Positions 41,528-53,177 of a DNA stretch of 64,000 bases are shown here, piece by piece (the first letter of the stretch is position 1; each line of letters begins with the position of its first letter). Location of the stretch: contig CBDBPB010000004.1 of the NCBI GenBank assembly GCA_965208615.1, positions 160,001-224,000 on the forward strand, read 5' to 3'. Under the pieces are notes generated by a model, which was not told where the DNA came from, made no database searches, and saw only the letters and a program-made list of their open reading frames with translations. Made by a program: the position numbers and the translations under genes. This DNA comes from Spirochaetota bacterium (GTDB lineage: Bacteria; Spirochaetota; UBA6919; CBDBPB01).

Positions 41528-42541
41528 TTAGAGTCTTTTATCTTTAGCAGTCCACCTAACAACAGCAACTCCCCATGTAAGACCTGCTCCAAAACCAACC
41601 ATTGTAATATTAGACGGCACTTTAACCGTTTTACGCTTAAAAGCTCTGGTAAGAGCAATGGGAATAGATGCCGAAGATGTATTACCAAAGTTCTCTAGCT
41701 TTGCAATAACCTGTTCTTCTTTTAGCTTAAGCTTATTCCTAATTGCATTTATAATCCTAATGTTAGCCTGATGAGGGATAAGATAGTCCAACTCAGATAA
41801 TGGAAGATTCGCATTTTTTAATGTATCCAATATTGCATTTGGCACAACCTTTACAGAAAACTTATATATTTCTTTCCCGTTCATAGATACAAATTGCTTC
41901 TTAGACTCATTAGCCCCAACAAAAGGAGAATTATTACCATGAAGAGGTATATAAAGCTCTTTAGCCTTAGAGCCGTCAGAATGTATATCTATTGCCAATA
42001 TCTCATCCTCACCCTCATGCCTTTCGACTATCATAGCACCAGCACCATCTCCAAAAAGAATACAGGTATTACGATCAGTCCAGTCCAAAAACCTTGAGTG
42101 TATATCCACACCAATAACCAAGGCTTTTTTATATACCCCGCTCTTAATAAAAGAATTGGCAATGCTTAAACCATAAACAAATCCACTACAAGCGGCTACA
42201 ACGTCAAAACCAACTGCATTATCTGCCCCTATTTTACCCTGAACCTCACAAGACGTTGATGGATAAAGATGATCAGGTAGTGAAGTGGCTGTAATTATTA
42301 AATCTATATCCTTTGGTAATAAGCCTGCATATCCCAAAGCATCCCTACTAGCCTTTACAGATAAAGAAACAGTTCCCTCATTAGCACTAACAACCCGTCT
42401 TTGTTTAATCCCTGTTCTGCTGGAAATCCATTCATCGTTTGTATCCACAATTTTGCTAATATCATCGTTTGTAACAACCCGATCAGGGAATGCCGCACCT
42501 ACTCCAGTAATTTTAACAGGATAACCTTTAATCTTATCCAC
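41528..42541 (-). CDS. fabH: beta-ketoacyl-ACP synthase III
   Basis: AACSGF, LFGDGAGA, PHQANIRI, GNTSSASIP, GFGAGLTWG. Confidence 0.96.
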   Translation of the reverse strand: MDKIKGYPVKITGVGAAFPDRVVTNDDISKIVDTNDEWISSRTGIKQRRVVSANEGTVSLSVKASRDALGYAGLLPKDIDLIITATSLPDHLYPSTSCEVQGKIGADNAVGFDVVAACSGFVYGLSIANSFIKSGVYKKALVIGVDIHSRFLDWTDRNTCILFGDGAGAMIVERHEGEDEILAIDIHSDGSKAKELYIPLHGNNSPFVGANESKKQFVSMNGKEIYKFSVKVVPNAILDTLKNANLPLSELDYLIPHQANIRIINAIRNKLKLKEEQVIAKLENFGNTSSASIPIALTRAFKRKTVKVPSNITMVGFGAGLTWGVAVVRWTAKDKRL

Positions 42542-42862
42542 AATTCACCTCTACAATATAATAGGTTTAATGTTAGCTAAATGTAAACAAGACGTCAAGT
42601 AAAAAATAGCTAATAACTATTATTATTTTAACTGGCCAATTAATAAATATACAACTAATCTGTTAATATACTATATTATATAAAAGTTAAAGCTGTAATG
42701 CAACATTATATATAGCTATATTTAAATATATTTTAACTTGATTAAAGTTAACAAATAATAATATTTAACATAAACTTTTTTTAATAATAATTTCTTGTTA
42801 ACGATTTTTATATTAATTTTGTACTAATTAAAAGATAACTAATCTATAAAGCCGAGGTAGCT

Positions 42863-44572
42863 TTGAATAAATATATTTTCGTACTAATAATGTTAATATG
42901 CTCTAATACATTTGGAGCAAAAAAACAAACCTTTTGGTCTCTCACAATAGAAGGAATTATAAAAGATAAAATTAATAACGTCCCTCTTTTCTATGATATA
43001 AGAAATAGAAACCTTCAACCTATTTTAGAGTCCATTAACAAAGCTAAAAGTAATCCAAAAATTAATGGGATTATTCTAAAAATTAACTCTCCAATAACTG
43101 ATTTCGCCAAACTCCAAGAAATAATACAGGCTATAAAAAACTTTAAGGCTAAAGGAAAAACTGTTTATGTTTACAGCGAAACCCTTTCTAATAACGATTA
43201 TCTTTTAGCATCAGCCGCAAATAAAATATTTATATCCCCACAAGGTGGAGTGGAAATTAAAGGTATAGCTATTGAACTGCTTTTTATGAAGGATACCCTT
43301 GATATGTTAGGAATTGAACCAAACTTCTATCAAGTCGGAACCCATAAATCAGCCGCGGAAAACTTTACTAGATCAAAGGCATCAAAATATCAAAAGGAAT
43401 CAATTAACCTATTATTAGACGGCATACACAATGAAATGATAAAACTCATTTCTAAAAGCCGTAGCCTACCTATATCAAAAGTAAAAAAACTAATTGATAA
43501 GGGATATTTTACGCCTAAAGAAGCTAAACAATCTAAACTGATAGATGGTTACCTCTATGAAGACCTATTTCAAAGCTATATAAATAAAAAAGGAATTATA
43601 GTTATACCCCAAAAACAAACTAAAAAAAGATTCTCTATTTATCAGATATTTAAAGGATTAAGAAAAAAAACTAATAAAACCAATAGTACTAATAAAATTG
43701 CTATTGTTTTCGCCCAAGGAGCTATTATATCAGGTAAAAGTAGAATTGGCTTATTCTCAAGAGACTCTATTAGCTCCGATAACTATATAAAAATATTTAG
43801 AAAACTAAGAAAAAACAAGTCTATTAAGGCGGTTATAGTTAGAATTGATAGTCCTGGTGGTTCTGCTCTTGCATCAGACGTAATCTGGAGAGAAATAGTC
43901 TTACTTAGCAAGGTTAAACCTGTTATAGCTAGTCTTTCTGGTATAGCGGCATCTGGAGGATATTATATTGCTATGGCTTGTCCTACTATTGTTGCTAATC
44001 CAACCAGTATAACAGGTTCTATTGGTGTAGTCGGCGGTAAGTTTAACTTTAAAGGACTCTATGATAAAATTGGCTTCAAAAAAGAAATCTTTAAAAGAGG
44101 AAAAAAAGCTGACTTATTTAGTGATTACCGTAGCTGGACCAAAGAAGAAAGCCAGTTAATAAAAAAACAAATGAAATATGTATATAACTCCTTTGTGAGC
44201 AAAGTAGCTAAACAGCGTAATATTCCTTATAAAAAAATGCTTAATCTGGCTCAGGGAAAGGTATACACAGGTAGACAAGCTCTAAAAGTCGGCTTGATAG
44301 ATAAACTCGGAGGACTTTATAAAGCCATTACTATCGCTAGACAAAAAGCTAAGGATGATAAAAATCAGTTTAAAATAGTTAGCTATCCCAAAACCAAAAG
44401 CTTTATAGACCTTCTTAAGGGCAATATAAATATGCAAAATAAAACCGCTATAGAGCTCTGGAAAATAAACTCTACTTTATCAAAGGCTTTTAACTATTAT
44501 TTACTTGTTAATAAAATATTCCAAAAAGAACGAGTTGCACTTTTTATGCCTTTTATTATTAGCTATAAATAA
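42863..44572 (+). CDS. sppA: signal peptide peptidase SppA (long form)
   Basis: Two S49 domains; HKSAAE, RIDSPGGSALAS, AASGGYY, TGSIGV. Confidence 0.93.
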   Translation: MNKYIFVLIMLICSNTFGAKKQTFWSLTIEGIIKDKINNVPLFYDIRNRNLQPILESINKAKSNPKINGIILKINSPITDFAKLQEIIQAIKNFKAKGKTVYVYSETLSNNDYLLASAANKIFISPQGGVEIKGIAIELLFMKDTLDMLGIEPNFYQVGTHKSAAENFTRSKASKYQKESINLLLDGIHNEMIKLISKSRSLPISKVKKLIDKGYFTPKEAKQSKLIDGYLYEDLFQSYINKKGIIVIPQKQTKKRFSIYQIFKGLRKKTNKTNSTNKIAIVFAQGAIISGKSRIGLFSRDSISSDNYIKIFRKLRKNKSIKAVIVRIDSPGGSALASDVIWREIVLLSKVKPVIASLSGIAASGGYYIAMACPTIVANPTSITGSIGVVGGKFNFKGLYDKIGFKKEIFKRGKKADLFSDYRSWTKEESQLIKKQMKYVYNSFVSKVAKQRNIPYKKMLNLAQGKVYTGRQALKVGLIDKLGGLYKAITIARQKAKDDKNQFKIVSYPKTKSFIDLLKGNINMQNKTAIELWKINSTLSKAFNYYLLVNKIFQKERVALFMPFIISYK

Positions 44573-44585
44573 TAAGGATTATGCT

Positions 44586-45566
44586 TTGTCAAAGGGAAAA
44601 GTATTAGTTACCGGCGGCAGTGGCTTTTTGGGAAGTCATCTTATAAATAAGCTCTTAAGTGAGGGATTTGAGGTTTTTGTTGCCACTAGACAGTGTTCTA
44701 ACCATAACTACTTATTAAACCTAAATATAAAAGAGATAGCTGTTGACTGGAATAATAATCAGCCTATTAAAAACCCTTTAGAAGTAGATTATGTAATACA
44801 CTGTGCCGGCACAACAAAAGCCCTTAACTATTATGAATACACTAAAGGGAATATATTACCCACTATAAAACTTCTAAAAGAAATAGACAAACAAAGACAT
44901 CGTATTAAACAATTTATTTTTATATCCACTCAGGCGGCGGCTGGTCCGTCTCCATTTTGTTATCCCATAAATGAAACCCATCAGCCTAAGCCTATTAGCG
45001 ATTACGGGCTTAGTAAACTAAAAGCAGAGATTGAGGTTCTTAAATATAAAAATCGATTTCCCATACTAATTTTAAGGCCATGTTCTATATATGGTCCAAG
45101 GGATTATGAGTTTTTACCTCTTTTTAGACTAATTAAAAATAATATTTCTCTTATAGTCGGTGACGGCACTAATCAGGTTAATATGATATACGTTAGCGAC
45201 TTTGTGGATATTATTATAAAATCAATTGCTAAGCTGTCAAAACCAATATACTTCGCTACTGACGGACATATTTATAACTGGAGCAAGATTATAAGTACTG
45301 CACAGGAGGTTTATGGTAAAAAACCTATTACAATTAAGCTTCCGATTTTCATACCCAAAGTGTTAGGTTTTATAAATGACTATATATCAAAGCTTAACAA
45401 AAAACCCAGTCTTCTTAACTCTCAAAAGATTAGGGAAATGATTGAGAAATATTGGCTTTGTGATCCTTCTATGCTATTTAGAGAAATAAACTTTAAACCT
45501 AAATATACCCTAAAACAAGGTTTTGAAAATACACTATCATGGTATAAGAAAGAAAATTGGTTATAA
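44586..45566 (+). CDS. NAD-dependent epimerase/dehydratase
   Basis: VTGGSGFLG, YGLSK, IYGPRD; TTG 44586 after AAGGA is the likelier start. Confidence 0.88.
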   Translation: MSKGKVLVTGGSGFLGSHLINKLLSEGFEVFVATRQCSNHNYLLNLNIKEIAVDWNNNQPIKNPLEVDYVIHCAGTTKALNYYEYTKGNILPTIKLLKEIDKQRHRIKQFIFISTQAAAGPSPFCYPINETHQPKPISDYGLSKLKAEIEVLKYKNRFPILILRPCSIYGPRDYEFLPLFRLIKNNISLIVGDGTNQVNMIYVSDFVDIIIKSIAKLSKPIYFATDGHIYNWSKIISTAQEVYGKKPITIKLPIFIPKVLGFINDYISKLNKKPSLLNSQKIREMIEKYWLCDPSMLFREINFKPKYTLKQGFENTLSWYKKENWL

Positions 45567-45902
45567 GCCCTATAAATAAAGGGATAACTATGTTAAAACC
45601 AATAGCTTATAGCATTTTAACAAATAAGAAAAGATATTATCGTCATTCTATATAACAAATATTACCCTATACCGCCTAATAAAAAAAATATAAATATTCT
45701 TTGTATCACACTGCATATAAAAACCTTATTCCCTTATATAAACAAACTAATAATACTTTGTTAGCAAATTATTTTTTACTTAAACATAGCCTTCCTAATC
45801 TATTATCTTGCAGAGTAAATTTAATCTATCCCCACGTCGAATAATAAGATTATGGCTATAACTTTATTGGTGCTACACTTAACATTTTAAGTTGGAGTTA
45901 AT

Positions 45903-46919
45903 ATGGTTGATGTTTTATCTCAAGAGGAAATTGATAGTTTATTAACAACAATTAGGCCAACTAAAAATAAAGAAGAGCCTAAAGATATTAGTACTACACG
46001 GCGTATAAAAATATACGATTTTAAAAGACCGGATAAGTTTTCTAAAGATCAAATTCGTACCATACAAATAATATATGAAACCTTTGCAAGACTAACTAGT
46101 ACTAGCCTTTCTGCACAGCTTAGGACTGTAATAAGTATGCATGTTGTCTCAGTCGATCAAATAACCTATGAAGAGTTTATAAGGGCTATTCCAAGCCCTA
46201 CTACCCTAGGACTTATTAAAATGGAACCTTTAAAAGGAAGTTCTATTTTAGAGATTGATCCAAAAGTTACTTTTAGCATCATTGATAGGCTTTTTGGCGG
46301 ACCTGGTACTGGCTCTAAAACAAATAGAGAGTTAACAGATATTGAATTAGCCGTTATGGAAAAGATTATTATATATATTGCTACTAGTCTTCGTGAAGCA
46401 TGGGCTAATGTAATCGATATAAGTACAAGACTTCAGAATATTGAAACTAATCCACAATTTGCTCAGGTAGTGCCTCCTAGTGATATGGTTGTTCTTATAA
46501 CCTTGGAGACCAAAGTTAATAATATTGAAGGTATAACTAATTTTTGTATTCCGTATATAACCCTAGAACCGCTTATTAATAAGCTAAGCGCACAATATTG
46601 GTACTCTAGTATTAAAAAAGGAGTTACTAATAAAAACTTTAACATGCTAAGAAGGGGAATATCTATTATGGAAGTAGAACTAACCGCTGAAATAGGTAAT
46701 ACTAGCATTAGTATAGAAGAACTTATTAGCCTGGAAGAAGGTGATATTATCAAGCTACCACAGTCTTACCTAAATGGCCAGTTAAAACTAAAAATAGGTA
46801 ATAAAAAAAAGTTTTCGTGTACTCCTGGATTAGTCGGGAAAAATGTTGCAGTTAAAATATCCAATGTTATTGAATACGGCTTAACTAATATATATAACAA
46901 CGTTAATAATATTAAATAG
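45903..46919 (+). CDS. fliM: flagellar motor switch protein FliM
   Basis: LSQEEIDSLL CheY-binding peptide, YDFKRPDKFSKDQIR, ETNPQFAQ, SPOA C-terminus. Confidence 0.96.
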   Translation: MVDVLSQEEIDSLLTTIRPTKNKEEPKDISTTRRIKIYDFKRPDKFSKDQIRTIQIIYETFARLTSTSLSAQLRTVISMHVVSVDQITYEEFIRAIPSPTTLGLIKMEPLKGSSILEIDPKVTFSIIDRLFGGPGTGSKTNRELTDIELAVMEKIIIYIATSLREAWANVIDISTRLQNIETNPQFAQVVPPSDMVVLITLETKVNNIEGITNFCIPYITLEPLINKLSAQYWYSSIKKGVTNKNFNMLRRGISIMEVELTAEIGNTSISIEELISLEEGDIIKLPQSYLNGQLKLKIGNKKKFSCTPGLVGKNVAVKISNVIEYGLTNIYNNVNNIK

Positions 46920-47298
46920 CTATCCAGCCATCATTATCAGTTATATTATAGGTTTTAGTATTTTTTTCTAGTCTAAATGAGGATGTATCCTTTAAAACGC
47001 TTTCAAGTTCATTAAGATATTTAATAAAGCGTTCTTTGCCCTCTGATGTTATACGACAAATAGTTTGAGGCCTTTTATTCCTAAAGCCCTTCCATAGTTC
47101 AACAAGTCCTTCTTCCCTAAGATGTTGAATATGTCTACTAAGATTACCGTCAGTTAGGGAGCATAGTGATTTTAAGTCATTAAACAGCAATCCTGAACCA
47201 TTTACTACAAGGGATGACATAACACTAAGCCTAGCTTTTTCGTGTATAAGTCTATCCAAACCATTATATGCATATTTACCATCTTTAGTATTACTCAC
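46912..47298 (-). CDS. winged-helix transcriptional regulator
   Basis: IHEKARL, LTDGNLSRH, ITSEG..F..YL..LE. Confidence 0.88.
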   Translation of the reverse strand: MSNTKDGKYAYNGLDRLIHEKARLSVMSSLVVNGSGLLFNDLKSLCSLTDGNLSRHIQHLREEGLVELWKGFRNKRPQTICRITSEGKERFIKYLNELESVLKDTSSFRLEKNTKTYNITDNDGWIAI

Positions 47299-47581
47299 AA
47301 TATCACCTCTAATTAATTTTACGAGCTATCTATACTTTATATTTCATTTTACACAAAATATATTAATACTTTTTAAGATAATAGTTTACTTTATATTGTC
47401 AAGCAAAACTGCATAACCCTTATTAAGAAGGTATATTATACATAAAAGTAATAAAATTGCCTAAACCATAATTACTATAGCAAAAAAGCTAAGTTTATAC
47501 TCTATATAACTTGTTTTTCCCCGTATATTGGCTATATTTTCATAATACATTTAAGGCTCACCCATAAAAGGGGGATATAAA

Positions 47582-47740
47582 ATGAAAAAGTTATTTGTTG
47601 ATGCAATTGAAAAAGGTGACTATAAAGAGGTTGAGAGCTTAATATCTAAGGAAGCTAACATTAATGCAAAAAATAAAGATGGTAAAACTCCTTATGATTT
47701 AGCAAAAAATAAAGAAATAAGGCAGTTACTTAAAAAATAG
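47582..47740 (+). CDS. 52-aa ankyrin-repeat mini-protein (below the track's length cutoff)
   Basis: AAGGGGG RBS; MKKLFVDAIEKGDYKEVESLISKEANINAKNKDGKTPYDLAKNKEIRQLLKK*. Confidence 0.75.
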   Translation: MKKLFVDAIEKGDYKEVESLISKEANINAKNKDGKTPYDLAKNKEIRQLLKK

Positions 47741-47955
47741 GTTTATCCTATAAGGCTTTTAGACTATCCTAAAGTGCTTTTTATTACAATATATTTATTA
47801 ACGTATAATGTCCTTTCATTGTTGCCAATTTATGTTAAACTTCTTATTATTTATATTCGCAATTAGTCTTAGGCTATTTACTATATTTATTACTTAGTAT
47901 TTTATGGTGTAATATTTATTTAGCTTAGCTAAGGCTTTCACATTGGAGAAGTACT

Positions 47956-49404
47956 ATGGAGAATAAGAAAGATAAAAATAACCTTTTTAAAAGGGAAGAG
48001 TATAAATATGGTTTTGTAACGGATATAGAGGCTGACGTATTTAAAAAAGGCTTGAATGAGGATGTTATACGAGCTATATCCAAAAAGAAGAGTGAGCCTC
48101 AGTTTATGTTAGACTTTAGATTAAAGGCTTATAAGAGTTGGCTTAAGATGAAGGCACCAAAATGGGCTAATTTAACCTATAAACCAATTGACTATCAGAA
48201 TATATCGTATTACTCGGCTCCAAAGCAAAAGGAGAAGTTAGATAGTCTTGATGACGTGCCAAAAGAGATATTAGATACATTTGATAAACTCGGTATACCC
48301 CTACAAGAGCAAAAGCGTTTATCTAATGTGGCTGTGGATGCTGTGTTTGATAGTGTTAGTGTTGCCACTACTCACAAAAAGAAGTTAATGGAACAGGGTA
48401 TTATATTTTGCCCTATTAGTGAGGCCATACAAGAGCATCCAGACTTAGTTAAGAAGTATATAGGTTCGGTTGTGCCTGTGGGGGATAACTTTTATGCCGC
48501 TCTTAATAGTGCGGTATTTACTGACGGTTCATTTGTTTATATACCGCCAAATACTAAGCCTACAATGGAGTTATCCACTTACTTTAGGATAAACACTGAA
48601 GAAACTGGACAGTTTGAAAGAACATTAATTATCTGTGATAATAATAGTTATGTATCATATTTAGAAGGTTGTACTGCTCCTCAGTTTGATACTAATCAAC
48701 TTCATGCCGCTGTTGTAGAACTGGTTGCCCTTGATAATTCAGAAATTAAGTATAGCACTGTACAAAACTGGTATGCTGGTGACCCTGAGACTGGATTAGG
48801 GGGTATTTATAACTTTGTTACCAAAAGAGGAAAGTGTATAGGTAATAAGTCCAAAATATCTTGGACCCAGGTTGAGACTGGATCTGCTATTACCTGGAAG
48901 TATCCAAGTTGTGTTTTATTAGGGGATCACTCAATTGGTGAGTTTTACTCAGTGGCTCTTACCAATGGCAAACAGCAGGCTGATACTGGCTCTAAAATGA
49001 TACACATTGGAAAAAATACTAAATCTACGATTATATCAAAAGGTATATCTGCTGATCACTCCAGTAACAGTTATCGTGGACTTGTTAGGGTTAATAGACC
49101 TTCTGATAAGGCAAGGAACTATACTCAATGTGATAGTATGTTAGTTGGTAACAGTTCTAGTGCACATACATTCCCTTATGTTGAGGCTTTAAACAGTTCT
49201 GCTAATTTAGAACATGAGGCATCAACGTCCAAGATTAGTGAGGAACAGTTATTCTACTTTCAGCAAAGGGGTATATCAAAAGAGGATGCCATTAGTACTA
49301 TTGTAAATGGGTTTTGTAAGGATGTGTTTAGGCATTTACCTATGGAGTTTGCTGTAGAGGCTCAGAGGCTTTTAGCTTTAAAGCTTGAGAATAGCGTTGG
49401 ATGA
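47956..49404 (+). CDS. sufB: Fe-S cluster assembly protein SufB
   Basis: [44 protein letters not shown]. Confidence 0.98.
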   Translation: MENKKDKNNLFKREEYKYGFVTDIEADVFKKGLNEDVIRAISKKKSEPQFMLDFRLKAYKSWLKMKAPKWANLTYKPIDYQNISYYSAPKQKEKLDSLDDVPKEILDTFDKLGIPLQEQKRLSNVAVDAVFDSVSVATTHKKKLMEQGIIFCPISEAIQEHPDLVKKYIGSVVPVGDNFYAALNSAVFTDGSFVYIPPNTKPTMELSTYFRINTEETGQFERTLIICDNNSYVSYLEGCTAPQFDTNQLHAAVVELVALDNSEIKYSTVQNWYAGDPETGLGGIYNFVTKRGKCIGNKSKISWTQVETGSAITWKYPSCVLLGDHSIGEFYSVALTNGKQQADTGSKMIHIGKNTKSTIISKGISADHSSNSYRGLVRVNRPSDKARNYTQCDSMLVGNSSSAHTFPYVEALNSSANLEHEASTSKISEEQLFYFQQRGISKEDAISTIVNGFCKDVFRHLPMEFAVEAQRLLALKLENSVG

Positions 49405-49427
49405 TTTTATTAGGAGTATAAAATATT

Positions 49428-50174
49428 ATGTTGGAGATAAAAGATTTAAAAGCTGGATATGAAGGGCTGGAGATTCTTAAGGGTATATCTCTTAAGGTTA
49501 AAAAGGGTGAAATACACTCTATAATGGGTCCTAATGGCTCGGGTAAGAGTACTTTATCCAAAATACTAACTGGACATCCATTATACGAGGTTATGGGTGG
49601 CTCTATAGTTTTTAATGGAGAGGATATTATAAACATAGAGGCTGATGAGCGGTCTTTAAAGGGGATTTTTTTAGCTTATCAATATCCTGTTGAGGTACCT
49701 GGGGTTAATAACGCTGAGTTCATTAGAATGGCTTATAACGCTAGATTAAAATATGAGGGTAAAGAGCCTGTTGACCCACTAGACTTTGAGGATATATTAA
49801 ATGATAAAATGAAACTTTTGGCTATGGATAGCAAATATAAAGAGCGATCTGTTAATGACGGCTTTTCTGGTGGTGAAAAAAAGAAAAATGAGATACTACA
49901 AATGGCTCTACTAGAGCCTAAGCTTACTATCTTGGATGAAATAGATTCTGGCTTAGATATTGATGCCCTTAGGATAGTTGCTGAGGGGGTTAATTCATTA
50001 ATTAATAGTGATAATGCCCTAATTGTTATAACACACTATCCCAGACTCCTTGAGTATATAAAACCTCATTATGTTCATATTCTTAGCGGGGGACAAATAG
50101 TTAGGTCTGGTGGTTTTGATTTAGCTTTAGAGTTGGAATCCAGTGGATATGACAAGATAATCGCTAAGGCTTAA
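49428..50174 (+). CDS. sufC: Fe-S cluster assembly ATPase SufC
   Basis: GPNGSGKST, FSGGEKKKNE, LDEIDSGLDID. Confidence 0.98.
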   Translation: MLEIKDLKAGYEGLEILKGISLKVKKGEIHSIMGPNGSGKSTLSKILTGHPLYEVMGGSIVFNGEDIINIEADERSLKGIFLAYQYPVEVPGVNNAEFIRMAYNARLKYEGKEPVDPLDFEDILNDKMKLLAMDSKYKERSVNDGFSGGEKKKNEILQMALLEPKLTILDEIDSGLDIDALRIVAEGVNSLINSDNALIVITHYPRLLEYIKPHYVHILSGGQIVRSGGFDLALELESSGYDKIIAKA

Positions 50175-50184
50175 AGGGGGTATA

Positions 50185-51489
50185 GTGTCTAATAAAAATG
50201 AGATAGAAATAATAAATAATCACAACCACTTCATAAGAAACCATGCTGACTCAGCTATTAAGCCTATTAATGAAAAGGCAATTGAGCGGTTTAAGTTATT
50301 AGGACTGCCTAATACAAAGCATGAGATGTATACATTTGTTAATACAAAAGATATATTATCTAGGTCATTTGATATAGTTTATAAAAATAGAGAAGCCGCT
50401 GATCCTGAATGTGTTAGGTTCCACACTTATTCTGGGTGTGAAAATAGTCTTATAGTTTTAGTAGATGGCTTTTTTAATAAAAACTTATCTAACACATCTG
50501 CTATAGATAAAAATATTAATATAAGCTCATTAAATAATATTATCAACCATGAATATATTGATTATGCTACTGACTATATTAATAAAGAGAATGATATTTT
50601 TGCCTTATTGAATATCAGTTTTATTAACAAAGGATTAGTACTTAATATAAATAGTGATTTAGATATACCCATACAGATTTTAAATATATCTCTTGGCTCT
50701 AGTAGTGACCTGGTAACTAGTAATACTAACGTTCTTATTAGAATAGGTCACGGGGTTAAGGCTAAACTAATAAACAAGTTTGTTAGTGCTTCTGGGAAAT
50801 ACTTTGTAAACTCTTTACAAAATATTGACCTTAGTTCTAATGCGGAATTATATTATACTCAAGTACAAAATGATCATAAAAACAGTTGGCACTTTTCTAA
50901 ATCTGTTATCAGTCTATCTGATAATAGTAAATTTATGGCCACTAATACGTCTTCTGGGAATAGGCTGACCAGACATCATTATGATATTAGCTTTATGGGA
51001 AATAATAGTAAGCTATCCCTTAATAGTTTGGCTATTCTGGAGGGTGAAGAACAGGTTCATAATTATGTTAGAGTTAACCATGATGGTTTAGGTTGCACTT
51101 CTAACCAGAACTTTAGAAATATACTTAACAATAAGGCTAGGACAAGTGTTGATACAACTGTAGTTGTTAACAAGGATGCAAGGCTTACTAAGTCGGATCA
51201 GCTTATTAATAATCTAATGCTATCCGAGAATGCCAGAGCTGATGCTAAACCTAACCTTATGATATTTAACGATGATGTTAAATGTACGCATGGAGCCACT
51301 GTTGGACAGATTAATGATGATCAGTTATTATATTTAAAATCTAGAGGGCTTTCTGATAGAGAGGCAAGGTCATTACTAACTACTGGTTTTGCAAAAGGCA
51401 TTGTAGAGTATATACCCCATAAACCTGTGGCAACTAATATTTATAATACACTGTTTAGAAAGTTGGAGGGAACTTATGATAAAAAATAG
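50185..51489 (+). CDS. sufD: Fe-S cluster assembly protein SufD
   Basis: KPNLMIFNDDVKCTHGATVG..YLKSRG. Confidence 0.93.
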   Translation: MSNKNEIEIINNHNHFIRNHADSAIKPINEKAIERFKLLGLPNTKHEMYTFVNTKDILSRSFDIVYKNREAADPECVRFHTYSGCENSLIVLVDGFFNKNLSNTSAIDKNINISSLNNIINHEYIDYATDYINKENDIFALLNISFINKGLVLNINSDLDIPIQILNISLGSSSDLVTSNTNVLIRIGHGVKAKLINKFVSASGKYFVNSLQNIDLSSNAELYYTQVQNDHKNSWHFSKSVISLSDNSKFMATNTSSGNRLTRHHYDISFMGNNSKLSLNSLAILEGEEQVHNYVRVNHDGLGCTSNQNFRNILNNKARTSVDTTVVVNKDARLTKSDQLINNLMLSENARADAKPNLMIFNDDVKCTHGATVGQINDDQLLYLKSRGLSDREARSLLTTGFAKGIVEYIPHKPVATNIYNTLFRKLEGTYDKK

Positions 51490-52711
51490 TCTTATTGATG
51501 TGGATAAGATTCGTATAGATTTCCCTATATTGTCGAGGGTTATTGGTGATAAGCCATTAGTTTATTTGGATAATGGGGCTACTACGCAAAAGCCTTTACA
51601 GGTTATAGACCGTGTTAGGCAGTTTGACACAGAAGAATACGCTAACATACATAGAGGATCATATAAACTTGGGGAACGCTCCACTGAGTTATATCATAGC
51701 ACTAGAGAGAAGGTAGCTAAGTTTATTGGTAGTTCTAACTCTAAAGAGATAATATTCACTAGTGGGACTACACAATCAATTAATTTAGTTGCACATAGTT
51801 ATGGAAGGTCATTTATTAAAGAAGGCGATGAGATTATTATATCCCACATGGAACACCATGCTAATATTGTACCATGGCAGGTATTATGCGATGAAGTGGG
51901 AGCTATCCTTAAAGTTATACCTATTAACGATGACGGTGAGATTATTATTGAGGAATATAAAAAGCTATTATCTAAAAAGACTAAGATGGTGGCTATTACT
52001 TATATATCAAATTCCCTTGGCACTATAAACCCTGTTAAAGATATTACGGCTATGGCACACTCAGTCGGGGCAAAGGTGCTAATAGATGGTGCACAGTCTA
52101 CCCCTCATACAAAGGTTGACGTTAAAGATATTGATTGTGATTTTTATTGTTTTTCTGGTCATAAGATGTTTGCTCCCACTGGTGTTGGAGTTTTATATGG
52201 AAAGTTTGATCTTTTGAACTCTATGCCACCTTATATTACTGGTGGTGATATGATAAATTATGTATCCTTTGAAAAAAAGACCACTTATAACAAGCCTCCA
52301 AGCAAGTTTGAGGCAGGTACACCTCCTATATCTCAGGTTATTGGGTTGGGTACTGCTATTGACTATCTTAACAATATTGGCATGGATAACATTAGTCTTT
52401 ACGAAAGAGAGTTACTTAAGTATGCCACTAATACTTTATCCAAAATACCTGAGCTAAAGATTATTGGTACGGCAAAGCATAAGGCTAGTATAATTTCTTT
52501 TGTATTGGATGTTGTTCATCCTCATGACGTGGTTACCTTTTTGGATAGTGATGGTATTGCCTGTAGAGGCGGACATCATTGTACTCAACCTCTTATGCAG
52601 CGATTTAATATTCCTGCAACTACAAGGGCATCTATGGCTTTTTACAATAAGTTTGAAGAGATTGATATTTTAGCTAAGAGCATAAAAAAGGTTATTGAGG
52701 TATTTAAGTAA
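51476..52711 (+). CDS. sufS: cysteine desulfurase SufS
   Basis: YLDNGATTQKP, EHHAN, SGHKM, RGGHHC. Confidence 0.97.
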   Translation: MIKNSLIDVDKIRIDFPILSRVIGDKPLVYLDNGATTQKPLQVIDRVRQFDTEEYANIHRGSYKLGERSTELYHSTREKVAKFIGSSNSKEIIFTSGTTQSINLVAHSYGRSFIKEGDEIIISHMEHHANIVPWQVLCDEVGAILKVIPINDDGEIIIEEYKKLLSKKTKMVAITYISNSLGTINPVKDITAMAHSVGAKVLIDGAQSTPHTKVDVKDIDCDFYCFSGHKMFAPTGVGVLYGKFDLLNSMPPYITGGDMINYVSFEKKTTYNKPPSKFEAGTPPISQVIGLGTAIDYLNNIGMDNISLYERELLKYATNTLSKIPELKIIGTAKHKASIISFVLDVVHPHDVVTFLDSDGIACRGGHHCTQPLMQRFNIPATTRASMAFYNKFEEIDILAKSIKKVIEVFK

Positions 52712-53157
52712 TGTCATATACTAGTGAGCTTTATCAGCAGGTTATTTTAGACCACAATCGTAGTCCAAGGAACTTTAGGTCTATGGATCATGGTGATCAT
52801 TGTGATGGTAAAAACCCATTATGCGGGGATGAGATAACCGTATTTATTGATGTGGACGGTGATGTTATTAAGGATATTAGTTTTCATGGTTCTGGTTGTG
52901 CAATATCAAAGGCGAGTTCGTCCATGATGACTATGGCTATTAAGGGTAAGAGAGTTAGTGAGGCAAGGCTTATGTTTAGCGAGTTCCATAAAATGATAAA
53001 GGATGAGTTTGACCCAAATAAGACTGACAATCATCTCGGAAAGCTAAAAGTATTTATGGGCGTTAGGGAGTATCCATCAAGGACTAAGTGTGCAACCCTT
53101 CCATGGCATACTATGGTATGTGCGTTAAATAAAGAAGGAGAGATATCTACTGAATAA
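52711..53157 (+). CDS. sufU: SUF system NifU-family protein SufU
   Basis: NPLCGD, GCAIS, RTKCATLPW. Confidence 0.95.
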   Translation: MSYTSELYQQVILDHNRSPRNFRSMDHGDHCDGKNPLCGDEITVFIDVDGDVIKDISFHGSGCAISKASSSMMTMAIKGKRVSEARLMFSEFHKMIKDEFDPNKTDNHLGKLKVFMGVREYPSRTKCATLPWHTMVCALNKEGEISTE

Positions 53158-53177
53158 ATACATAGGGAAATTAATTT

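Noticed and set aside
41479-41688. 69-aa ORF overlapping the end of fabH
   Set aside because: Alternate frame of fabH with no recognisable motif
44505-44585. Track's N-terminal extension of the epimerase overlapping sppA
   Set aside because: The Rossmann motif begins just after TTG 44586, which has an RBS; the overlap is unnecessary
45591-45622. TGTTAAAA...TTTTAACA as another element end
   Set aside because: Only an 8-bp AT-rich inverted repeat with no further similarity; more likely a hairpin after the epimerase gene, or chance
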